Shown piece by piece: positions 9,039-17,085 of a stretch of 64,000 nucleotides of DNA (position 1 is the stretch's first letter; every line of letters begins with the position of its first letter). The translations under genes were made by a program, and so were the position numbers. The stretch is taken from IMG/VR virus record IMGVR_UViG_3300026493_000002; one strand, 5' to 3'. The stretch is from a virus (lineage: Duplodnaviria; Caudoviricetes). Below the pieces are notes generated by a model that was not told the origin of the DNA, searched no databases, and saw nothing but the letters and a program-made list of their open reading frames with translations.

Positions 9039-11138
9039 TTAGCGCCGGCCGAGCAGACTGACCGTGTCGTTGATGCGCTTGAGCGGATCCGAACCAGCAG
9101 CAGCAACTGCGGTTTCGGTCTTGGCCGGAGCGGACTGCGAAGTCTGCACGGCCGAGGAGGCGGTGGCAACGGTACCGACCGAGCCCAGACGGGTCTCGAA
9201 GCCGGACTGCGAACTGGCGGTTGCCACCTGGGGCTGGTACGACATGCCCATGATGGTCTTGGCCAGGGATTCCTGCACTTCGGCCGGCTTGGACAGGTTG
9301 TCCTTCGCGATGGCGAACATCGAGCGGAGCAGCGGCTCGAAGCTGGAGCGCAGCGCGTTGTCGACCACGACTTCCGGATTGCGCATGCCCGTCGAGGCCA
9401 GAGCCTGCAACAGGGTTTCACGCAGCGGATTGCTCTTGCCCTCGAAGAAGCCACGGTTCAGGCCGATGGCGGCCGTTGCCAGTGCTGCTTCCAGTGCTTC
9501 TTCGTGCTGTGCGTTGGCCTGGTCCAGCTGCGCCTTCTGGTCACTGGCCAGAGCGGCGATGCGGGTATCGACGTGCTTGCTGACACGCAGACTGGCCTTG
9601 ACGCCCTTGAAGCCCAGCTGGCTCAGCATGGCCGCGCCGCCCTGCTTGACAGCAGCAACGGTGGCGGCGCCGAAGCGCGGGGTGCCGAAGAACGGCTTGT
9701 GGTCCGGGTTGATGCTCGACGCGGTGGCGACGGCGATCGGGGAGCCCTTGTGGAAGGCGGTCCAGACCGGCTGGCCAGCAACGGCGGCGCTGAACGAAAC
9801 GTCCAGGTCGTCGGCCGAAGCGTCGTCGGGCAGTTCTTCCAGCGCATCGACTTCGATCAGTTCACCGTCTTCGTCGTCGGACTCTTCGTCATCGCTCGAC
9901 TCGGAGGTGTTGTCGGCGGCCGGTGCCGGGTTGTCACCCTGGCCTTCGGTCGGCGCTGCGTTGTCGTCAGCCGGCTTGGTCTCGTCACCGGTCTGAGCGG
10001 TGTCGTCCTGGCCTTCGGTCGAAGCGTCGTCGGCCGGCGGCGTGGTGCCGTCGCTCGATTCGCTGGTGTCGTCATCGAGCAGGTTCATGCTCACGTCGTC
10101 ACCCTCTTCTTCCTCGTCCGACTCTTCGTCGTCGCTGTCGTCTTCGGAATCATCTTCCTCGTCGTCCAGGTCCAGATCGGAGTCATCTTCCGGCAGGTCG
10201 AGTTCTTCCTCGTCCTCGATCTCCTCGTCATCCGAGGCTTCGACCGGCTCCATCAGCTGCGCGCCGCAACCGTTGCGCGGGCACTCGTCCTGCGGGATCT
10301 CCGACACGATGTGGGCACCGCAACCTTCGGCGCTGGCGCAGACCTTGTACTCGACGCTGACCACCGAGCTGGCGGTCGCGGTCATGTTCTGGCCACGGAT
10401 CTTGGAGTACTGCGCGATGGCTTCATCGCGGCTGCTGGCAGCAACTACCAGCGGTTCGTCGGCGGTGTTCACGTCGTCGTCACCTTCGTCGTCAGCGTCA
10501 TCGGCGTCGGTGTCCTCGTCGGACTCCTCGTCGTCGATTTCGGCATCGTCTTCTTCATCGAGGGCCTCGTCATCCGCGGCTTCCTCGTCGGCTTCGGCGT
10601 CGTCCGAATCATCGCTGTCGTCTTCGTCGGTGTCCTCATCGGACTCGTCGTCGGCGCTCAGGGATTCGTCGTCTTCCGAATCATCTTCCGACTCGTCCTC
10701 GTCGGAGGTATCTTCCGTGCTTTCATCGTCGAGGATTTCTTCATCCTCGTCGTCGGCGCTGCCTTCGTCCGCATCGTCGCTGGCCACCGCGGTGGAACAC
10801 ACCGGGCAGTGCTGCACGAGGGACAGGGAGTCGTATACGAGGTGGATGCCACAGCCCGCGGTGCACGCGAAGTGGAATGCCTCATGGACGTCGCCTGCCT
10901 GGGCCTCGAACTGCAGGCCATTCAGGATATCGGTGGACTGCTCGAGGTCCAGGTTGCCGTTGGTCGGATTGAAGGTGTTCTCCAAGTCCGAACCCGCATT
11001 CGAGACGAATGCGGAGTTGTTGTCACGGTCAACAAAGCACGTTGCACCCTTGCCCATGGCCAGCTTTCGATACTCGAAGACCGCCTGCGACTGGGTGTTC
11101 CCGACAGCCACGATACCCTGGAACTGAATATCACGCAT
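9039..11138 (-). CDS. Prohead core/scaffold-like protein
   Basis: 699 aa; long D/E tracts, two Cys/His clusters, helical C-terminus; lies between protease and capsid genes. Confidence 0.6.
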   Translation of the reverse strand: MRDIQFQGIVAVGNTQSQAVFEYRKLAMGKGATCFVDRDNNSAFVSNAGSDLENTFNPTNGNLDLEQSTDILNGLQFEAQAGDVHEAFHFACTAGCGIHLVYDSLSLVQHCPVCSTAVASDDADEGSADDEDEEILDDESTEDTSDEDESEDDSEDDESLSADDESDEDTDEDDSDDSDDAEADEEAADDEALDEEDDAEIDDEESDEDTDADDADDEGDDDVNTADEPLVVAASSRDEAIAQYSKIRGQNMTATASSVVSVEYKVCASAEGCGAHIVSEIPQDECPRNGCGAQLMEPVEASDDEEIEDEEELDLPEDDSDLDLDDEEDDSEDDSDDEESDEEEEGDDVSMNLLDDDTSESSDGTTPPADDASTEGQDDTAQTGDETKPADDNAAPTEGQGDNPAPAADNTSESSDDEESDDEDGELIEVDALEELPDDASADDLDVSFSAAVAGQPVWTAFHKGSPIAVATASSINPDHKPFFGTPRFGAATVAAVKQGGAAMLSQLGFKGVKASLRVSKHVDTRIAALASDQKAQLDQANAQHEEALEAALATAAIGLNRGFFEGKSNPLRETLLQALASTGMRNPEVVVDNALRSSFEPLLRSMFAIAKDNLSKPAEVQESLAKTIMGMSYQPQVATASSQSGFETRLGSVGTVATASSAVQTSQSAPAKTETAVAAAGSDPLKRINDTVSLLGRR

Positions 11139-11211
11139 GGTGAGTCTCCTGGGTCGTGTTGTATTGCATCTTAGCGCATAACCTGCAATCGTTTGACTGC
11201 TGGCTGGTCAA

Positions 11212-11218
11212 AAATTAG
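11212..11218 (-). promoter_or_regulatory. Putative late promoter motif CTAATTT
   Basis: About 75 nt upstream of the scaffold-head gene-capsid operon. Confidence 0.6.
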
Positions 11219-11336
11219 ATTGCGCAACTTTTAGCTACAAACGCTCTACGGGCTCAAAAATGGCTCAATTTCGGGCCCTATTTAGGCCCCTGGGGCGCGT
11301 CCACTGTGTCAGTACGCCAAACGACAAACCGCAGAC

Positions 11337-11360
11337 AAAAGAAAGGGCCCCGCGGGGCCC
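11337..11360 (-). terminator. Rho-independent terminator
   Basis: GGGCCC-CGCG-GGGCCC followed by TTTCTTTT. Confidence 0.8.
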
Positions 11361-11387
11361 GTGTGCTACATGCCTACTGTTGACGCC

Positions 11388-11927
11388 TCACTCCTCGAGG
11401 AAGTTCACCTGCTTGAACCCGATGGTCAACTGAGCGATACGGCTTTCGGCCGCCATGGACTCGGTCAGCATCAGGTACTCCGTATACACGGCCTGCAACT
11501 CCTCGGGTATGAGGATATCGACTTCGGGCGTGATCGGATTGGGCGTCAACGGGCTTTCAATCAGTGTGGTCCACGGGCTGTTTGCATTCAGACGGCCCAG
11601 GACCTTGACGGTGAAGTCGAAGGTGTGGCCGCCGGACCGCTTATACGACACGGCCTGCAACAGACGCGGATTGTCCATCAGGAAAGAGAAGCTCTGGATA
11701 CCGGTCGGGATCGACTGGATCAAGTAGCTGTGGAACGTGATGGGCTGCACGCTCTTGGTGACAGCGCGCGCTTGCTCAAGAAACATCACCGGCTCCCGGA
11801 AAAGGCAAAGCCTCCAGTGCACGACGTGATCCGCCCTAGGTATCATGAGAATGATTTTCGGCAGCTTTGTCTGTGGGCACTGGAGGCTCTGATGTATTAG
11901 GTCACTGACGAGGCTCCCCTGATACAC
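11388..11927 (-). CDS. Hypothetical protein
   Basis: 179-aa ORF filling the gap before a terminator; start uncertain. Confidence 0.6.
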   Translation of the reverse strand: MYQGSLVSDLIHQSLQCPQTKLPKIILMIPRADHVVHWRLCLFREPVMFLEQARAVTKSVQPITFHSYLIQSIPTGIQSFSFLMDNPRLLQAVSYKRSGGHTFDFTVKVLGRLNANSPWTTLIESPLTPNPITPEVDILIPEELQAVYTEYLMLTESMAAESRIAQLTIGFKQVNFLEE

Positions 11928-11931
11928 TACG

Positions 11932-11938
11932 AAATTAG
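11932..11938 (-). promoter_or_regulatory. Putative late promoter motif CTAATTT
   Basis: Same motif, intergenic. Confidence 0.5.
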
Positions 11939-11949
11939 TATTCGAGGTA

Positions 11950-12195
11950 TCAGTTGACGGGAGGGATCCTCAGAGCCGGATCGCGGCCAGCCCTGAGGTC
12001 TTCCCGGAACTCCGAAATGTCCAGGCCGCGTTTGCCCTCACCAACATCGTTGATCCACTGGGCGGTTCGTGCGCTCTGTGGCATTTCACCATTCCAGCGC
12101 CATGCGTTGTGCGTGGCCTGGCGGTAACGTTCGAGGGCGTCGAGTTCCCGACCGCAGAGAAGACGTTTGATGTAGTAGAGGGCCCACTTGAACAT
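11950..12195 (-). CDS. Hypothetical protein
   Basis: 81 aa with AGGAG RBS. Confidence 0.7.
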   Translation of the reverse strand: MFKWALYYIKRLLCGRELDALERYRQATHNAWRWNGEMPQSARTAQWINDVGEGKRGLDISEFREDLRAGRDPALRIPPVN

Positions 12196-12218
12196 GGATT
12201 CAGCTCCTATGGAGAGGA

Positions 12219-12974
12219 TTAAAAGCTGCGGACGTCCATGATGCGCTTGCTAATCGCAGGCACATAGGCGGGCGAACCCACCACGGACGTCTCGAAGCCA
12301 CGGATGTTTTCGCACTCGCGGTACGACAGCTTGCCACCCGGCAGCATGAACGTCGGGCGACGCGGCGCGGTGTGTTCGCACGGCACGGGGTTTCCACCCT
12401 CACCGAAACGCTGCTTACACACGGCGCACTTGTAGCTCTTGAAGTAGAAGCCCAGGCTGTAGGCGTTGTTCTCGCCAGTCAGGATGCTGTTGACCAGCAT
12501 GGGATCCTTGGTACGGTCGAACGCGAGCAGCAGGATCAGCTTCCAGTAGCGGTCCTGGCCGAAGCCACGCAGGCGCTGCATGAAGGCGTCCAGGATCACA
12601 CCCTTGGCCTTGGTGATATCCTTGTTGTCGTGTTCGTAGTGCGTCGGCTTGCCGCGGAACGTCTTGAACGCCTGCATGCCCAGGTCGGGATGGAAGCGCA
12701 GCAGTTCTGCCATGGACACCGAGTCACCATTGGTGTTCGGAATGTCCGAGAACATGATCGGCACCGGCACCAGGACATAGTCCCGGATATCGCCACTGAT
12801 GCAGTACGGTTTGGCCGCGGCGGGCAGCCACAGGTTCGCTTCGATGTTGCTGCCGGGCATGATGATGCCACGATCCTGCAGCGCGATCTGCGTGTCCTGT
12901 TCGTTCTTGAACTTGAACAGCTCCAACGGCGTCTGGCCAATGGAGAGTCCGCTGTTTGCTTGGAGAAGACTCAT
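12219..12974 (-). CDS. Prohead maturation protease (HK97/herpes-type fold, with Cys-rich insert)
   Basis: PNTNGD, KPTHYEH, KGVILD, AYSLG, CAVC...CEH and FETSVVGSPAY; matches the His/Ser and E.S.V..PA pattern of prohead proteases; start MSLLQA. Confidence 0.75.
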   Translation of the reverse strand: MSLLQANSGLSIGQTPLELFKFKNEQDTQIALQDRGIIMPGSNIEANLWLPAAAKPYCISGDIRDYVLVPVPIMFSDIPNTNGDSVSMAELLRFHPDLGMQAFKTFRGKPTHYEHDNKDITKAKGVILDAFMQRLRGFGQDRYWKLILLLAFDRTKDPMLVNSILTGENNAYSLGFYFKSYKCAVCKQRFGEGGNPVPCEHTAPRRPTFMLPGGKLSYRECENIRGFETSVVGSPAYVPAISKRIMDVRSF

Positions 12975-12981
12975 GTTGACC

Positions 12982-13437
12982 TCAGTGGAGTTCGTCGAGG
13001 TTGAAGCGGGGATCGGTGAGGGCGAAACGCACCTCATGGACCTTGTGACGGCCGCGATCCTCGACTTCGGTGGCGACCACTACCAGTTCGCTATCTCGGG
13101 TGTAGATATTGATCTGGCTGTGCAGGTTGTTGACGTGCGGGAACAGGTCGGGGATCATCAAGCCAGCGCCGTTGTTGCGCTGGAAGCCGCGAAGCTGCAG
13201 GCGGTTGTCGAGGTAATGCTCCAGCATGAATCCAGGTTCGCCCCTACGGGCCTCGATGCCGGCGCACAGGGCGTCGTCACGGAACTCGAAGAAATACTGG
13301 AGATCCTCGATATCGCCGGTGAACACGTCGGCCATGAGACGCATTACAGCAGCGCGCGTCTCAGGCAGAAGTGGTCTCAGCACCGGTAACTCGATGGGTT
13401 TCGGTCCGATGGGGAGGAACAGTCTCATGACCGTCAC
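12982..13437 (-). CDS. Hypothetical protein
   Basis: 151 aa; start overlaps the TopIB stop. Confidence 0.65.
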   Translation of the reverse strand: MTVMRLFLPIGPKPIELPVLRPLLPETRAAVMRLMADVFTGDIEDLQYFFEFRDDALCAGIEARRGEPGFMLEHYLDNRLQLRGFQRNNGAGLMIPDLFPHVNNLHSQINIYTRDSELVVVATEVEDRGRHKVHEVRFALTDPRFNLDELH

Positions 13438-15173
13438 TCCCCGGCGCTACTGCCAGCCTTCGGCACAGCCGACGGCGGACGGACACCCAGGCTGTCGTAG
13501 AAGTTGTGCACCACCTGCGGGTCGATGTACGACTTCACGGCAGTCTTCCACTCGATCTTGTCACCACCAGTCGTGTGATGCAGCTTGGCGCCGATCTCGG
13601 TCATCTGGGTGGCGAACCACTTGTTGACCTCGGACTCCTTGAGCTTCTCACCCTTCTTGGCACGTGCCGTGAACGGGTTCTTGGCAAGCAGCTGGCGAGC
13701 CATCTTGGTACCGGTCGAACGTCGGAAGTCGTGCGGAGACAACTGGGTGCCGAGGCTCTTGAGGTACTTGCTGATGGCGTGGCGGATGATGGCCTTGCCG
13801 CGGAAGGTGAAGACCAGTTCGCCCGACTCGATATCCGTCAGGCGCTTCTTCATGATTTCCGCGATCAAACGGCCTTCGGCAGTACCCAGCGGATATTTCG
13901 ACGGCTGGGCAGCACCCTTCTTGCCCATGTAGTTGAAGTGCAGCGAGTTGCCCTTGATGGCAACGTGATCGCCGGTCAGGGTCGTCAGGCCGTAGGTGGT
14001 CTCACCCTTCGACTTGTTGCCCTTGCCGCCGATTCGCGCGCTGGTCACGTAAAGCAGTTCGACCATCATGGCCATCATCTGCTCTTTGGTACCCTTGCGC
14101 TTGAGGTCCTTCAACCACTTGGCGCGGATCTTCTCCTCGTTGTCGAGGAAGTCCGACACGGCAGCATGACGCTTCACCTTGTTGGCGGCGTTCATGGTGA
14201 CGGTACGGATGCGGCCCGAGGATACGTCGCCACCCTTCTCGCTCTTCCCGTACACCTGCGCATACAGCACGTAGGTGTCGTTCTGGGCGGGATCGTACTT
14301 CGGGTTCATACGCACCAAGCCGACCGGCGCCTTGTCCAGTTCGTGGCCTTCGGCGGTGTAGAACTTCATGTTCTCGTCCACCTGGCCACCGGTGAAGCCG
14401 CGCGGCATGTTGTGCAGCACGTTCTGCTTTTCGAGGAACTTGGAGACCTCGTCGACAGGCACCATCACCTTCTGCTTGTTGCGCACGTAGCGGAAGACCA
14501 GGCGCTTGACCTCGCGATTCAGCACCTTGTTCAGGCGAGCGTACTCTTCCATCAGCTGCGGCTTGTCTTCGCGCAACTGCTTGAGGACACGCGGATCGAG
14601 GGCGTAGCCGTACGTCGGCTTGCCACCCGTGATCTTCTGATACAGCTTGCGCATGTCCTGGCTGGCGGAGTTCGGATCGAGGCCGTCGATAGTCGTCGGT
14701 TCGTCCTCGTCGCTCAGGAAGATCGAGGTCAGGCGGGTGTTCTTGATCGCCGAGATGTTCTTCTCGACGTAGGCCCAGGCACTGGGGTTGTCCTTGATCA
14801 GGCAGCGGCCGAGCTTGACCAGCAGCGTGTACAGGGACTTCTCGATGCGGGTGTCAGCGTAGATCGACACCCGGTTCTTGACGATGGCCTTGCCGAGGTC
14901 TTCCACGTCATCGTCGTCGCCGAAGAGGTCATCGCCGCGCACGACGCGCTTGCTGACGGCCTTGAACTGAGTTGCGAAGCCGAAGCGAGTCGCAAACTTG
15001 TTGGCCTGTTCCTGCCACTGACGGTACGTGGAGCGGAACTCGGAAATGTCGTTGGAGTTGATATCCAGCACGAGGACTGCCAAGCAGGCAATCATTGCAC
15101 CGGTCGGGGTGTCACTGACGTCGGCGGATTCGCTGACCAGCAACATCTTCTGTACGTTGGGGATGTGTTGCAT
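13434..15173 (-). CDS. Type IB DNA topoisomerase with long N-terminal extension
   Basis: Catalytic pentad in order: SARIG (R), YMGKKG (K), HDFRR (R), LHHT (H), SYIDP (Y), plus TYGLTTL. Confidence 0.9.
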   Translation of the reverse strand: MQHIPNVQKMLLVSESADVSDTPTGAMIACLAVLVLDINSNDISEFRSTYRQWQEQANKFATRFGFATQFKAVSKRVVRGDDLFGDDDDVEDLGKAIVKNRVSIYADTRIEKSLYTLLVKLGRCLIKDNPSAWAYVEKNISAIKNTRLTSIFLSDEDEPTTIDGLDPNSASQDMRKLYQKITGGKPTYGYALDPRVLKQLREDKPQLMEEYARLNKVLNREVKRLVFRYVRNKQKVMVPVDEVSKFLEKQNVLHNMPRGFTGGQVDENMKFYTAEGHELDKAPVGLVRMNPKYDPAQNDTYVLYAQVYGKSEKGGDVSSGRIRTVTMNAANKVKRHAAVSDFLDNEEKIRAKWLKDLKRKGTKEQMMAMMVELLYVTSARIGGKGNKSKGETTYGLTTLTGDHVAIKGNSLHFNYMGKKGAAQPSKYPLGTAEGRLIAEIMKKRLTDIESGELVFTFRGKAIIRHAISKYLKSLGTQLSPHDFRRSTGTKMARQLLAKNPFTARAKKGEKLKESEVNKWFATQMTEIGAKLHHTTGGDKIEWKTAVKSYIDPQVVHNFYDSLGVRPPSAVPKAGSSAGE

Positions 15174-15185
15174 CGGATCGGGTCC

Positions 15186-15413
15186 TTACTTGGAAGCCTT
15201 CTTGACGATGGACTCGACCATGTCCTCGAGCAAGCCACGCAGCTTCTCGGTGTGGCCCTTGGAGAACGCCTCAGCCATCGCTTCGCCCGTGTCGCCGCTG
15301 GTCTCGCTCATGATGGCGGACAGCAGCTGGGAACGAGGCGACTTCTTTTTCTTGCCACCGGCGGCAATGACGATCTGGAGCTTCTGGGGAGCGCGCGGCT
15401 TGGTATTGGACAT
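15186..15413 (-). CDS. Hypothetical protein
   Basis: Start MSNTKP after GAGG; 75 aa. Confidence 0.65.
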   Translation of the reverse strand: MSNTKPRAPQKLQIVIAAGGKKKKSPRSQLLSAIMSETSGDTGEAMAEAFSKGHTEKLRGLLEDMVESIVKKASK

Positions 15414-15454
15414 TGTGGAATCCTCGTGTGCAGGAGAATGTGGACTGACGGTTG

Positions 15455-15461
15455 AAATTAG
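15455..15461 (-). promoter_or_regulatory. Putative late promoter motif CTAATTT
   Basis: CTAATTTCAAC, nearly identical to the copy before the sheath gene; heads the TopIB-protease run. Confidence 0.6.
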
Positions 15462-15478
15462 CATGTACCCTAAAGGCT

Positions 15479-15488
15479 TCAAACCCGA
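15479..15488 (+). repeat. TCAAACCCGA box, single copy
   Basis: Exact intergenic copy of the dispersed motif. Confidence 0.6.
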
Positions 15489-15492
15489 ACAA

Positions 15493-15678
15493 TCACCATT
15501 TTCCAGCCGGGCAATTGCCTGCGCCGAGTGCGGCCTTCATGTGGATGAAGCACCCACACAGACGACACTTCTCCAGCTGGAGGTTCAATGCCTTGGACAA
15601 CAGGTAGTTCTCGCAACTGCGGCAGGCTTCTACTCGGGCCTGTGCGGCCTCGGAGAGCTTGGGAAGATCAAGGTTCAT
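15493..15678 (-). CDS. Small Cys-rich zinc-binding protein (DUF6171-like)
   Basis: R..C..C...C..CGC...K...CP..KW pattern. Confidence 0.7.
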   Translation of the reverse strand: MNLDLPKLSEAAQARVEACRSCENYLLSKALNLQLEKCRLCGCFIHMKAALGAGNCPAGKW

Positions 15679-15698
15679 GTGGACCTCAGACGTGCGAA

Positions 15699-15729
15699 AG
15701 GGCGGAGCTCCGCGAAGGAACCCCGCCCT
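15699..15729 (-). terminator. Probable terminator hairpin
   Basis: 13-bp stem AGGGCGGGGTTCC/GGAGCTCCGCCCT with a short T-tail. Confidence 0.55.
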
Positions 15730-15732
15730 GGG

Positions 15733-16230
15733 TTAGAACCCCTGCTTGCAGTCAGCGGCCTTGACGCCCATGAACACCACGTGCAGTGGGTTGGGCTTCA
15801 ACGAACGGTTGACCTTTTCCACGCGCTCGTCGAAATCATCCGGCACGGTCTCCAGCTTACCCAGAGTGACGTGCGGGGAGAACGAGGCGAAGGAATGCTC
15901 GGCGCCGGCACGGGCCAGAGTGGCATGTGCCTGAATCAGAGACATGGAGTGGACGTCGGCAACCACGTAGATCTGGTCGTCGTGTCCCTTCCAATGCTGC
16001 ACACTCGGGATCAGTGCGTTGTGCACCGGGCGAATGATTGGCATGCTGTCCGGCACGGCGTCGCGCGAGTACATGAGGGTGCAGTGCAGTTCTTCCAGGT
16101 CGGCTTCGGGCAGACCCAGATCCTCACACAGCTGGTTGAGAAGCAGGCCGAATTCGGCAGGCAGCTTTGCGTGGACATACAAGCCGGCGTTCTTGGTGTA
16201 CTCGGAGGTGTCGAAGCTGGGCGAGTTCAT
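15733..16230 (-). CDS. acb1: 2H phosphodiesterase, T4 gp57B/Acb1 anti-CBASS nuclease family
   Basis: Two HxT motifs in Acb1-like context: LHCTLMYSR and FSPHVTLG; GLYV N-terminus; 165 aa from MNSPSF. Confidence 0.8.
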   Translation of the reverse strand: MNSPSFDTSEYTKNAGLYVHAKLPAEFGLLLNQLCEDLGLPEADLEELHCTLMYSRDAVPDSMPIIRPVHNALIPSVQHWKGHDDQIYVVADVHSMSLIQAHATLARAGAEHSFASFSPHVTLGKLETVPDDFDERVEKVNRSLKPNPLHVVFMGVKAADCKQGF

Positions 16231-16238
16231 GGCTGACC

Positions 16239-16619
16239 TCAGCGGATGACGTACACGTAGGACACCAGGCCTTCGAGACGACGCAGCACCTCGTCCGTAT
16301 CCTGCTGGCCAAGCCCATCGACGATGGCCATGTAGGACGTCGGGATGCGCGACTCGGTGAGGCTGGCAGGACTGGCGACCTGGATATCGGGTCGCGGATC
16401 CACACCTTCGATGGTTGCCCACACGTTGGTGCGAATCTCTTCGGCCTCGGCGATGCTGCTGGCGACGACAAGCAACTTGGTGTCGTGCTTGGGATCCAGC
16501 AGCGCTTGGTGTGGTTGGCTCAGGATCATTGCGCAGCCGGCTACCACCAACGTGGTCTTGCCTGCTCGCATTTCACCCGTAACGTTCACGACATTGGTTT
16601 CGGTGATAGCTTCCATCAT
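16239..16619 (-). CDS. Minimal P-loop NTPase-like domain
   Basis: Walker A GEMRAGKTT, LLVVASS, QVASPASL, Walker B AIVDG. Confidence 0.7.
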   Translation of the reverse strand: MMEAITETNVVNVTGEMRAGKTTLVVAGCAMILSQPHQALLDPKHDTKLLVVASSIAEAEEIRTNVWATIEGVDPRPDIQVASPASLTESRIPTSYMAIVDGLGQQDTDEVLRRLEGLVSYVYVIR

Positions 16620-17035
16620 GGGGTCTCGGTAACAAGGACGGTGACCCGTCGCCGAAGCGCGGGCATACGGTTAACGCACAACCATTCCTTCGGAAGTCCG
16701 TCCTTGAGTCCATCAATCAGGACGTAATCGTACTTGTGGTCCACGTCGGGAACGTTGAGGCGGAGATTGTCAGCGACAGCCACGTGGCGGTCAAGGACAT
16801 AGCAGCCGTGATCTTCATTCCCAGCACAGACACCAAGTGATTCCGAGAGGTCGGAGACTTTGCGCATCAGAACACGACACGCATGGTCGGTCGGGCCAAC
16901 AACAAGCACACGCAACTTGGTGCCGAACATTTCATCCCGCTTGCGCAGAGACTCACGCACGAAATGCACCAAGCTCACGGTAGCGGCGGTCGTCTTCCCA
17001 CAGGAGTCCAGACCGCTGATAATAAGGTGGTTCAT
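16616..17035 (-). CDS. Minimal P-loop NTPase-like domain
   Basis: Walker A GLDSCGKTT, motif Ia-like VLVVGPT, Walker B VLIDG; 139 aa from MNHLII. Confidence 0.7.
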   Translation of the reverse strand: MNHLIISGLDSCGKTTAATVSLVHFVRESLRKRDEMFGTKLRVLVVGPTDHACRVLMRKVSDLSESLGVCAGNEDHGCYVLDRHVAVADNLRLNVPDVDHKYDYVLIDGLKDGLPKEWLCVNRMPALRRRVTVLVTETP

Positions 17036-17085
17036 AGATTCCCCATTTGTAGACTGGGCCGCTGACAGGTGCGGCCCGCCTTCTG

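Noticed and set aside
9039-11138. RNA polymerase delta-like call for the acidic protein
   Set aside because: Similarity would rest only on D/E low complexity; context is head assembly
13434-15173. Integrase or protelomerase call for the tyrosine-family enzyme
   Set aside because: RIG...TYGLTTL, GKKG, LHHT and SYIDP fit TopIB better than R-HxxR-Y recombinases; no att-like repeats seen; kept only as an alternative hypothesis
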